Shown here: positions 48,244 to 59,188 of the stretch, in pieces | Layout of the letters: every line of letters starts with the position of its first letter | How positions within the stretch are numbered: the first letter of the stretch is position 1 | Source of the DNA: Balamuthia mandrillaris | Taxonomy: Eukaryota | Length of the DNA stretch: 64,000 nt | Direction of reading: 5' to 3' | NCBI GenBank assembly: GCA_031835245.2 | Contig: JAVKOQ020000068.1 | Span: forward strand, 1-64,000 | Position numbers and translations under genes: made by a program | The notes under the pieces: generated by a model | The model's input: the letters and a program-made list of their open reading frames with translations, nothing else | Database searches by the model: none | Told to the model about the DNA's origin: nothing

Positions 48244-49618
48244 TTAAAGACGAGCAACAGCTTGTTGTGTTTCTTCTTCTTGTTTTGAAGGCAAGCGAAG
48301 AACGATTTTGCCGGTTTGGCCATGTTGAGCCAACCGCTCGAAAGCTTCTTCGTATTGGCCGAACGGATAAACCCTGTCCACTAAAGGTACTATCCGATGT
48401 TGCGCCACAAAGTTTAAACACTCTTTCCATTCTTTCTCTGATCCCATCGATGTCCCTTCAAACAGAGGAGAAGGAGAGAGAGAGAGAGAGAGAAGTGAGC
48501 AAAAAGAAACAAGAGTGAAGAAAAGAAAAGACAAACCGCGAAGTTCGACTTGCTTCAAGAACAAGACGGCAAGGTTGAAGTCATCGGGCAGAGAGAGGCC
48601 AGCGGTAACGCCGTAAATCACCACTCTGCCTCCCAACCGAAGCAACCGCACGTAAGAGGATAACGATTGGCCTCCCGACCCATCCAACACACAGTCGAAC
48701 AAGAGAGGCGACTTTTTCTTTTTTGTTGCTGTTGGCTGTTCTCCGCTGTCGTTATTGGCGTTGTTGGAATGAGGTAGTTGTGAGAGAACTAATTGTTCAA
48801 GCTGTGTGGGCCAATCTTTGTTGTTGTAGTTTACTCCTCCTTGTTGTTGAGTAAGAATGTAAGGCTATATAGAAGAAACGAAAAGAAGAAGGAATGAAGC
48901 AAGAAGCAAGAAACCTTTAACACCAAGTTTGTTAATGAGGAAGGCAAGCTTCTCGTCCGATCCAGAGGTAATCCACACATTGGCGCCCATGGCGACTGCC
49001 AGCTGCGCTGCGATGGTGGCCACCCCACCGCCTCCTCCCGTTATTAACACGTTGCTTCCTTTCTCTACCTCTCCTTTCGTTACTAATCCTCTCCATGCTG
49101 TCAATCCTATTGTTTAGAAGTTGGGTTTTGAATTGAATGAAGATAATAAAGAAGAGAAGAAGAAGCGGAAGAAGCGGGGAAGAAGAACAAAGAAGAAGAA
49201 GAACAAGAAGAACAAGAAGAAGAAGACGCAGATGATGCAGAAACTACAAAGGACAAACCAGCAACAGGCAAGCAAGCAGCTTCCTCAAAGGAGAGGTGCG
49301 GAGGGATCTCCGCCAGCAAGCCCACCGGAACCACTATCCGCTCCGCAAGCGTGCCCGGCAGCGGCCGCATGCCCAACACCCCAAAGGTCTCCGCATTGGG
49401 CGCCCGCTCATCGTTCCCCCACCCAACGGCGCTGTTGAGGACCACCCGTTTGCCGATCCACCTTTTGCTTTCCTCTTCTTCTCGTTCGTGGTTGCTGCGG
49501 AGGAGGAGCTGCTCCACCGTTCCGCTGGCATCAGAGCCCAAGACGGAGTGGAAGCGAATACCTGGGTACATGCCTCGTCGGATCCAATAGTCTCCTGTTG
49601 CAGAAAAGAGGGAAGTTT

Positions 49619-49657
<39 letters not shown>

Positions 49658-49917
49658 AAAAGAAGAGTGTGGGGGAAGAGAAGAAAAGACAAGAGATGCG
49701 AAAGAGTAGCGAAACTGCGATTGAGGGACACGGCGTGAATGCGGACAACGGCATGAGGCGTTGGGGGTGCATGCCCCGAGCTGAAAGGGCTTAGCTCCAC
49801 TTTCGCCCTTGTCAGACGGTACAAGCCGGTCCGTGGGCAGCGCTCTTGCTTCAGGACCAACCCTTCCGTGCTCAGCAACGCGGAGGAGGCAGAGGAGGAG
49901 GCGGCCATGATGCTCAT
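48244..49917 (-). CDS. MDR-family NAD(P)H oxidoreductase (quinone oxidoreductase / Zn-ADH-like)
   Basis: VRIHAVSLN, VLGSDASGTV, GTLAERIVVP, PPHLSFEEAACLPVAG, VLITGGGGGVAT, GTSMGS, GKIVL. Confidence 0.9.
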
Positions 49918-50141
49918 CCTTTATTCTTTTTCTTAGCTGGAAGGATGTTGGCTATTAGAGTAATTATTCATCTACGAGGATGAAAGTGTTGTATGCTGTT
50001 GATTCCAGCGATGATATAAATATGAGGGGGAAGAGGGATGGTATGACCTTCTGTGTTAAATGTTCAGTATATTAGGTTGGGTTCCAGGTTTGCATATTAA
50101 TAAGGAAAAAAACGTTTCGTTCAACGTTTGAAGACAGGCGC

Positions 50142-50190
<49 letters not shown>

Positions 50191-50225
50191 AGAAGGTAGG
50201 ATTTGCATAGACCTTCTTGTGTTAT

Positions 50226-52914
50226 TCATGATTCGATGGTTGTAATGGGGGGTGTAGCAGGTTGGTGGCGATGAGGAGAGAAAGGCATCAACAGACTCCA
50301 AAGAGAGCCACAGGCGCTCAGCTCTTTGCAAAACTCCTCAAAGATGAGGAGGTTCTGAATGAAATCCACTTGGGCTTTTTCTTCTCTGTTTTGGTTAAGC
50401 CGGAGGGCACACATGAACATTGCAGCTCTTTGATTTTGAGAAGGGAAGTAAGATACTCACTTGGAGAGGGATTGAGCAGATAGTTGTTCCCGTGCTTTTC
50501 TTAGCTCTTCTGGGACGTGTATTCCTTTCCGTTTGCACTTTTCTTCTGCCTCGTTTGAAACCTGTTCACAAAGAACGGAACATAGGAACGAAATAAGAGA
50601 AGAGAGGATAGCACAAAATGATGGAGGCCCAGAAATAAAACCTACCTGTTTCATGACATTATAAAGCGTACGAATTTGAGGTCGCCAACAAAGAGTAGGG
50701 TGGAGCAGAAAGGTATGCAGGGAGGCATCCGGATAACAAGCCAACTTTGTGATGATATTGGTCAGCAGCAAAAGGCTCTCCATACTGTGATCCAAGAACC
50801 GGGCCAGCCTATTAAACAGAACCCAAAAAAATAGAGGTTCTGTCGTTGGTTCTCCTTCTTTAAGAGCAGGAGAAGAAGGATGAGAAGAATCAACTTTGGT
50901 TGTGTTTGAAGCCGATTCAGAAGAAGAAAGTGAGTTATGGTGGAAGTGATGATGAAGAGAAGCCATGATGTTGGTCTGTGCTTCGCTCAGATAACTATCG
51001 TATCCATCTGAGGGAGAGTCACAGACTGGAAATAACTTTAAGAAAGCAGCTATAGTAGATGGATCTGGCAGATAAGATAGAGAACAAGACGAAGCAGAAG
51101 AAGGAGATGAGGAAGGCGGCATGAATACAGCAAATTCAATATCTTTTTCCTGCTCTTCTGAAGAGGATAAGAAGCGGTCTAAGGGATGAATATCGCAGAG
51201 AACGAGAGTGCGAAGAGCAAAGTCGTCCCGCATTTCAAAGAGTTGGTTGAAGAGGGAGAGTGCATGAAGGCTCAGTCGTTCGGAAACCGAGTCCATTCGC
51301 CGAACAAGTGTTGTCCGAAGAAAGTTATGAGACGAAGCAGCAGTTTCGTTGTTGTCGCTGGGTTTGTTGTCAGAGAACAAGAATGATAGCAGTGCTCTTG
51401 TAAAGATTGGCGATGACCGTTCGCTGGAGCTCTCTTCGATTATCTTGGAGAGGAGAGACATGGCTTTGCTGGCCACCTCCGGTTCTCTAGTTTTGTTCAG
51501 CCAACAAAGAAAGCATGGGGAGGATAAAGACAGGTTGTTAAAAAAAATGACAAAGAGCAAGAGCGTACGGTTGAATAAGAGAAGCAGCAAGTGCAGTCTC
51601 AAAGAATGACCGGTGAAGCTCGGTAGTTAGCAGTGTTTGAACGTCCTAAACGTACAACATAAAGTGGTAAACAAAAAGAGAGAAGAGGCGAGAAAGGAGA
51701 GTTACGAGAAAATAGACTTACTTTCTCTGATTGTTCCAAACAGGCAAATACGAATTGAAGAAACTCAAGAAACCGTGCCATAGCGTTCTCTAGTTGTTCT
51801 TCGCCGACATTTAAAGCGTGCTCATAGTAGGTTCCTAACAGTTCAGACTGTGGGTAAAGCAATAAGCATCAGCAATAACTATGAAATGGCAGAAACGAGA
51901 ACAGAGGAAGAAAGAGCACCATTCGGGCTGGAAAGGTAGACCGCGTGACAATAAACTGTGTAACAATAGGCACGTGAAAGTATTGTAGGCAATAGAGCAA
52001 GGCATGCCGAGCTTGCTCTCCACAGAAGCCCTCTAAATCCATCCTTGACACGAGCCCAGAGAAGAGAGGAAACTCGATGCTGTTGCTGTTCTCCTCGATG
52101 TCGGCATCTTCTGTTATCTGTTTTGTATAAACGAGTCGCGTGAGAGACTAACACAAGACAAGGATGAAAGGAGAGCACTGAAGAAGAGAAACCTCTGGAA
52201 AATGGAAGAAGAAAGATATCAAAGTAGAGTCCTCCTCTCTCAGCTTCTTGATGAGAATGAAGATGAGATTGAGAAGCTCTGCATGCTCCATTTCGGCGTG
52301 ATGACGGAGCAACTTGCAGAGCGGCCTATTCACGCTCATATGGTGCAGCAGCGGAGAGCTGCTATTACTCAACACCGAAGCCAAGACCACCAACACGTGT
52401 TTCCTCACCCCTGGCGGCGTCTTTTTCGACACGTTAAGCCATCAGAAGACAGGGTGAAGAGAAGCTCAAGCAAAAAAACAGGCCAGGAATATACTCACGT
52501 CTCTCTCTGCAAGAGCACACCACGTTTGCAGTATTCGCTCCTCCAAAAAGTAGTCAAGACAGGGACCCTGCCTCCCCACGATGCCCTCCTTCTCCTGCTC
52601 ATCCCCTTCCTCCACAAGCAACCGCACCATCGCGTTCAAGTGATGCATTATCTCTCCACCTTCCACATCATCTATTGTTTTAAACAACAAGAGCACAAAT
52701 AAGAACGTTTCGTTTGTTGTTGTGGTTTGGTTCTCCTGCTTCGCCGGGTGAAGGCAAAAAGTATGTATGTAAAAAAAAAACAAACAAACAACTAACCCCT
52801 TTCATCGATGTAAAAGTGTCGTATAGCTCTCCAGTGGTTTCGAAAGTCTTCCAGCGGTGACTTCACAGGTGGAGCCAACACGTCCCCTAACGCCGAAAAC
52901 AGCCGGCTCACCAT
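50226..52914 (-). CDS. FHIP/FAM160 (FTS-Hook interacting, RAI16-like) protein
   Basis: LEDFRNHWRAI, GPCLDYFLEERIL, PPGVRKHVL, PLLHHMSVNRPL, YDSYLSEA, LLLTNIITKLACYP, NLLIFEEFCKELSA. Confidence 0.88.
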
Positions 52915-52988
52915 CAGAGAAGCACCCTTTCGGTCGAATCTCAAACTTGGTCCTTCTTCTATGCGTGCGCCTCTTCTTTGTCCGGTTC

Positions 52989-53316
52989 TTTTGCTTTTTG
53001 GCCGAAGGGACGCCTGTGGGATGCTTGGCGCAACAAACCAGAGCAAATGATGTCCAACATGTGCGGGACCCGCCGGAAAGAGGGCCAGCCGCGAGAGAAC
53101 GGTCAGCGGTGTCCCTTTAGGGATGAAGGAGGCTTGCCACAAAGGCCGCTCGGTGTGGTGACTCCATGGGCGGTGGAAAACGGCTTGCCCTTAAGGGTTC
53201 CGCTGCTTGTGATGGCCACCAGAGACAATGATTCCGGAAGCCAGGACATCATACGGGTGGGAAGCTGGTGGCTTCGTTCTAGACCTTGTGATAAATAAGA
53301 CGGCCAAAAAGTAAAG
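52989..53316 (+). ncRNA. Candidate structured non-coding RNA of unassigned family
   Basis: Nested complementary segments 52994-53004/53301-53311, 53047-53055/53244-53252, 53063-53071/53195-53203, 53087-53091/53181-53185 and 53105-53109/53146-53150. G-U pairs favour the + strand. Confidence 0.45.
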
Positions 53317-53492
53317 AAGAGAGGAGACACACGCTACCCTTAAGCTTGGGGCTCCTGTCTCCCTCTCGTTATGCCGCGCCTGGTCTTGGTTGTTTTGCTC
53401 CTAGAACGAGAGGCTCAAAAGGGGAAAATCAATTTACATATGTAAAGAAAAGGTACAAAGAAAAAGAGCTAGGGAAAAAGCATCGGATGCTT

Positions 53493-53593
53493 TCAGAAGT
53501 AAAGGCGTCGTGCTTGGCTGACCGTCTGCTCTGTTGGACAATATGGGCACTTGAACCTGCAGCGCATACCAGCGATAATTTTTTTTGAGTAGG

Positions 53594-53630
<37 letters not shown>

Positions 53631-54509
53631 TAACCTTGCACGAGTGCCTCTAGTAGGAAGCTTGTTGAGTGATGTTTTGGAGATGATATGCCCGCAGATC
53701 AAGAGCATTGGTGGATTGTCGGAGGTGCAACTTTCCTTCGACACAGGACAGAAGAACAACGAGTGGTAATGAAGTTCTTTGTACTCATTATTTACCTGTT
53801 TGACAAAAAAAATATTCAATAAAAAGCAAAAGAAAAATAGGAAGAAAAAGAACAAGAGAATGAAGAAGAAACATACAGGAAGGGTGGTAAGAGAAGACCA
53901 AGGATGAAGCTTGTTGTTTTGCATTATCTCCGCCATTTTGATCCATTCTGGAAGAATCGCACAACCGCCTTTCACACTACATGCGTATAACATTCTCGTA
54001 AGCAAAGGAAAGAAACGAAAGCAAGAACAATAAGAAATGAAGAGAAGAAATGCATTACATGGTTGGGAGAGGACTGGTTTCAGGAAGCCCCAGTAGAGAG
54101 CAACAATCATGCACAAATCGCTGTTTGACCTTTTCCCAGTTGCTTTCCATGTACATGTCCGCATAAGGCGAGTTATAAATACGATCAGCAAATAAGAGAC
54201 TCGTCACTAAACGTTGAACCTCTGTTGTTTGTAAAGTGTACATTAGATTACAGAGAAGACAGACAAAGTAAACACGAAATTAAGTACGAGAGGAATATAT
54301 GTCGGCAAAGGGAGGGAATTGAGTGCGAGCGTAAGACAGAGCTTCCATTCGATTGCCACCCAAAACAATGCTAGTAAATCGGAGTTTGTGAAGGTCGAAC
54401 TCGAGCGAACTTCCACGCTCACTCAGGGTGTCTCTTCTTGCTTCCGCCCATCTTGAAATGAGAAATACAATTAGGAGAAGGAACAAAAGAAGAAGAGAAG
54501 ATATAAGGA

Positions 54510-54545
<36 letters not shown>

Positions 54546-55512
54546 AAACTTTAAAGCAGGCTCAACGTTTTTCTGGTCCATACAATTGAGAATTTGGTAC
54601 ATGTTATGAAGCAGCTCTTTGAGATCCTCCGATATGCTCACATTTGTTTCCTGTGTATCAAATGATTTCGTGTATAAGTCACTTCTCTTCATCCTTCTTT
54701 ATTCTCTCGTTCTCTCTGTTGAGATACCTTTTCTAACTGCTCAGCAATGTCAAACCGGCCTTCTCGGTAGAGGTGAAGCACGATGGCCTCATTGAGAAGT
54801 TGCCGGTCCAACGGGAGGTCGGCCCTGTAAGCCTTCGCCACGTTCCCTGACAGCGCCTATTGCGTGCAAAGCTGAGGTGAGCAAAGCAAGGCAGCAAATG
54901 AAATAACGAGAACACAAGAGAGAGCAAGGGAGAGGGAGAGGAAGAGGGAGAGCCAGAGAGCGCGAACAGAAAGAATAGAACTAGAGAACGAGAGAGGAGC
55001 AAGCAAGGCGAGAGCAAATGAAGAGTAGAAACAACAGAAGGGGAGAAGAGGGACCTTGTCAACAGCCCGAGTGAACTTGGACAACACTTGATGGTACTCT
55101 CTGTGCTCTTTCTTGACTTTGTTGGCCAGGTCCGCTTTCTTCAAGTTCTGGTGCGCCATCATCAAAGGCAACCGCCATGCACCTGCGTCAATTTTTTTGT
55201 GTTGGCAAAAAATCAATGATGAAAAAACAAACAAAACCAACCCTGCTCTTCTTCTTCGCTGGTGGCTCCCTCTTTCGGAGCAATCTGCTTCAACGTGGTC
55301 TCCAGTTGGGCAATCAGCTGGTCCAGGCATTGTTGCGTCTTTGTGTACGCCAGCTTCTGCTTCTTGGCGACGCGGGCGTACTCCTTGGTGATGATCTCCT
55401 CGTGGGAGGTGGCCTTGTTTCTTGGCGGAGCGGTGGCAGCACCCGCTTCCGTGCTTCCACCTCCATCGCCTTCGCCAGTGCGTGCTTCTTGCGTGGAGTC
55501 GGCCCTCTCCAT
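53493..55512 (-). CDS. RMND5: RMND5/Gid2 RING E3 ligase of the CTLH/GID complex
   Basis: LNEAIVLHLYREGRF (LisH), GSSLEFDLHKLRF (CTLH), CSLLGLPETSPL, YHSLFFCPVSKESCTSDNPPMLLICGHIISK, RFKCPYCP. Confidence 0.92.
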
Positions 55513-55634
55513 CGTTTGCTCTTCTTTTTTTGTTATTTTCTGTTTTTTTTTAACTTTTTTTTGATTATTTTTTGTAAATTGAATTAATTAATTTTCCCAC
55601 TACTAGATTAACTGAGGGTATCAGTTCAACAACT

Positions 55635-55706
55635 TCCCCTGTGGTGTAGTCGGCAGCACTTCCGCCTGTCACGCGGACAACCCGGGTTCGATTCCCGGCG
55701 GGGGAG
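55635..55706 (+). tRNA. tRNA-Asp (GTC)
   Basis: Acceptor stem TCCCCTG/CGGGGGA, anticodon arm TCCGC-CTGTCAC-GCGGA, T arm CCGGG-TTCGATT-CCCGG, discriminator G, downstream T-run. Confidence 0.97.
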
Positions 55707-55826
55707 TTCTTTTTTGTTTTGATTTTGCTATTTTTTTGCGGACAGTGAGAAAGAAAGAGAAAGAGAAAAAGAAAAGAGGATGAAGAGAAGAGACAGGGCA
55801 AGACGTAAAGTGGGTTTGTGTTTTTG

Positions 55827-57569
55827 TTATTGGACAATGTCCATCTTCTCAAGGCTCTCCTCTTTCGCTTTGTCTTTGCCAGAGGAAGCAGCCTTTGCAC
55901 TGCTGCTACTTCTGCTTTGCCCTCCTCTTCTCTCCGAATTAGAGGAAGAGGGTGTTGTAGAAGAAGCGGAGGAGGATGAGGAAGATGGGATAGATGCAAG
56001 TGGTGAGATGGTGAGGTCGCTGCCCTCTTCCAGTTGAAGTGTTCTTTGGAGATCCTGGATGGTGTGCAGCAACAAAGCAAACTGCTTTGACCGGAGCTCC
56101 AGGATCTGTGCGGTTCTTAGTCGTTGTCTTCCTAGTTCTTCCAGCTCCTTTTTCAACGTGTCCATTTTTCTAGACGAAGCAATAAGCAAAATGAAAAAGA
56201 AGGAAGAAAGAAAAAAACGTACGCAGTAGTTTCAGAACGAGAAGGAAATGAGTTGATGACTTTGGCCAAAGAGTCATATTCTTCTTTGTGCTGCCGCAGG
56301 GTTTTCTCATCTTGCAAGGTCTGTTTAAGTTGTGTGATTTCTTCTCGAACATCGCCTATGGACTGGTCTATTTTGGATAGCAAGAAAGTTAAATGGTGTT
56401 ATTGTCTTCAAACAGAAGAAGAGAAGAAAGACAAAATTTTAAGAAGGATGAAGAGAAAGAATAGAGAACGGGAGGAGTGATAAGCAAAGAGCGAGAGAGA
56501 ACAAGCAGGAAGAGGAAGGAAGAGGAGGGAAGGACGAAAGAAAGTACCGAGATCTGAATACAATTTTGTGAAGTAGTCTATCTCTCTAGCGTTTGTGTCC
56601 CTCACCGTTTGAGCGTTGTTCAACCCTAGTTCAAAACTTTCCAAGCTCGATAACAACGATGTTTCTCTATTGTTTTTTTTTTTTGTTGGATATCAGCAAC
56701 AAGAAGAAGAAGAAGAAGAAGAAGAAGAAGAAGAAGAAGAAGAAGAAGAAGAAGAAGAAGAAGAAGAAGAAGAAGAAGAAGAAGAAGAAGAAGAAGAAGA
56801 AGAAGAAGAAGAAGAAGAAGAAGAAGAAGAACAAGAAGAAGAAGAACAAGAAGAACAAGAAGAAGAAGAAGAACAAGAAGAAGAACAAGAAGAAGAACAA
56901 GAACAAGAAGAAGAACAAGAAGAAGAACAAGAACAAGAAGAAGAAGAACAAGAAGAAGAAGAAGAAGAAGAACAAGAAGAAGAAGAAGAAGAAGAAGAAG
57001 AACAAGAAGAAGAAGAAGAAGAAGAACAAGAAGAAGAAGAAGCGGAAGGAGGAGAAGAACAACAGCAGCAGCAACAACAACAAGAAGAAGCAGAAGCAGA
57101 GGCAGAACGAAGAAAGAATAACAAAATAACTAACTGTTGATGAAGCTCTTTGGGGTCAGTTATGTCTCCTTGAGCCAGTTGCAAGTACTTCTGAGTGAAC
57201 TTTTTGAGCCCAATCTCGTTGAAGAGCAGAATCTTTCGGATGACGGCCGTGTCCTCCTCCTCCAGTTGCCGCTTTGAAAGGGAGGGTGAAACCGGAGTGG
57301 AAGATGTAGAAGAAGAAGCAGAGGAAGAAGAGGCAGAAGAACTCTCCGTTCGATTGGATCTTGAAGACGTTTTGGGGGACTGAAGCAAAAAAAAGAATTA
57401 AAAATCAGATTGTGAGGGAGTGAAATGCATCAGTTTTTTTTTGTTAAGTTTTGTCACGAAAACGTACCGAAGAGGAAGAAGACGAGCTTCGCGGCTGGGC
57501 GTGAACTCGAGGGCCTGCAGCACTGCCCGACGAGGATAACAACGTTCGGGTGACCTCTTCTCTCTGCAT
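55827..57569 (-). CDS. THOC7: THO complex subunit 7
   Basis: EEDTAVIRKILL, NAREIDYF, EEITQLKQTLQDEKTLRQHKEEYDSLAKVINSFPSRSET, LELRSKQFALLLHTIQDLQ. Confidence 0.88.
56700..57040 (+). repeat. (GAA)n array, pure then CAA-interrupted, in a THOC7 intron
   Basis: About 130 nt of pure GAA followed by a GAA/CAA mixture; TTC on the sense strand. Confidence 0.95.
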
Positions 57570-57988
57570 CTCTCCTTTTTTTCTTTCCCGCGCTATTAGT
57601 TATTCGATGCTTTTACGGGTACCTTCGACCCAGCTAGTTTGTCCACCGAGGATAACAGGAGTCCCTGCAGACATCTTTTGCCCGCATCCCTGTTTAAATT
57701 CGAAAATTTTCCAGGAAAATGGAAAAAAAGTATTATCTTCTCCATACCCGAAGGAAAGGAATGGGTAGAAGGCCAGGCGTCGATGAGCCCATGCCTTCCG
57801 GTAACAGGCCTGCTGCTGCTCCTTTGGATGAACCAGAGCGAGGCGTTCTGGTCCTCACTGTGGGATGGATACACCACTGATTGCACTTTGTGCCAAACCC
57901 GTTTTATTACTATTATTAATAATTTTTTTAATAGTTTGTTGAGGCAGACGAGAGAGAAGTCTTTTTTTTTTTTGTGAGAGAAAGAAAG

Positions 57989-58589
57989 ATGCCCTATTGC
58001 TACCAGTGTGGAAGCAGCGTGCCGACGGGTGCTGCCTTTTGTAGCCAGTGTGGCGCCAAGCAGCAGCAACAACAGCCCTCCTCTGGCGGTGCCAGTGTTT
58101 GTCATATTTGTCATAAGCCATTCTACGGGCCTCCTGTTCTTGTTGGTTCGTTGCCCTCTTCTTCTTCTTCTTCTTCTTGTTCTTCTTCTTCTTCTTCTTA
58201 TGACTCCACCTCCTCTCCTTCTTATGACTTCTTATGCTATGCACACAAAGACGGAGAGCAGGCTTGTCGACGCTGCAATGAAGAGATGGAAGCGGCCATT
58301 GCAACGGCTCTCAGCGGCGCTCAGCGACACTTTGGCACGGACGACAGCTTCGTGCCACCGCCACAGCAACAGCGGCCTTCCCACCATCACCAAACCAACA
58401 CGACAGCAACGAAAGCAGCTGGTGCGGCTCACTACCAACCACAACCACAACAACCACAACCACAGCAACAACGCATGACAACACCAGCCACCGCCCCAAC
58501 TTATGCAACGGCAACAACGACGGAACACGGCGCGGCTTGTTGCGGCAAGTGTGGAGCAGAGCTTCCTCCTCGTATGTTACCCTCCTCCT

Positions 58590-58631
<42 letters not shown>

Positions 58632-58799
58632 ATCGCTTTCTCTTTCGTCGTTTCTTCTTTCCTCCCACTGACCCTCCAAACCAACCGACGTGCCATCCAT
58701 CCATCCAATATGGGATGAACGTTCAACCACCACCACCATAACCCACCCACCCGTTCAGGCCCACGCTTTTGCAACGAATGCGGCACTCTTGTCAAATAA
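57989..58799 (+). CDS. Zinc-ribbon protein with N- and C-terminal double CxxC ribbons
   Basis: MPYCYQCGSSVPTGAAFCSQCG, CHICH, CRRC and a spliced terminal CGKCGAELPPRPRFCNECGTLVK*. Confidence 0.75.
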
Positions 58800-58883
58800 A
58801 TAAACCCCGACCAACATTACATTACTCCCTCAAACTGAAGCCACACCCCCTCCCCCTCCCCATCTTTTTTTTGAAAAAAAGAT

Positions 58884-58946
<63 letters not shown>

Positions 58947-59188
58947 GCGAGAGAATGAAGAAGAACCGTTCTGAGGAAGAGGACAGAAACGAACGCGATG
59001 AAAGTGGACAGCCTGCGTTCCACGTCGACCCGAAAAAACAATTTTGCCTGAGGGGCGAACCTTTTAAACAATGCAGCAGAAATCGAGCAGCACTTTTGCA
59101 ACATTTGTTGAACGTAAATTAAGAAATAAAAAAGAAAAAAAGAAATAAAAAAGAAAGCGAAGAGAGAGAAGTAGGAGAGGAGAGGAGG

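Noticed and set aside
49936..50009. GCTGGAA/TTCCAGC inverted repeat with an inner TTCATC/GATGAA hairpin
   Set aside because: The stems are short and no snoRNA boxes are convincing; compatible with chance.
15209..52914. Apparent endosomal cluster (Rab24, RME-8-like, VPS45, FHIP) and ribosome-biogenesis cluster (RPF2, NOL8, GRWD1)
   Set aside because: The genes are interspersed with unrelated ones and both categories are large, so there is no evidence of functional clustering.
53031..53040. CAACAAACCA as a telomerase template after a hairpin
   Set aside because: It is not a permutation of a common telomere repeat, and no U-rich/A-rich triple-helix pseudoknot is evident. It is kept only as one hypothesis for the element.
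53100..53250. Cobalamin riboswitch-like words (GGTGTCCC...GGGATGAAGG, AAGCCAGGA)
   Set aside because: The core AGGGAA...CGGTG...CCCGCCACTGT and the rest of the B12 box are absent, and no sense-strand gene lies downstream.
57879..57887. ATTGCACT, the U1 snRNA loop II word
   Set aside because: No ATACTTACCTG 5' end and no Sm site in the right arrangement.
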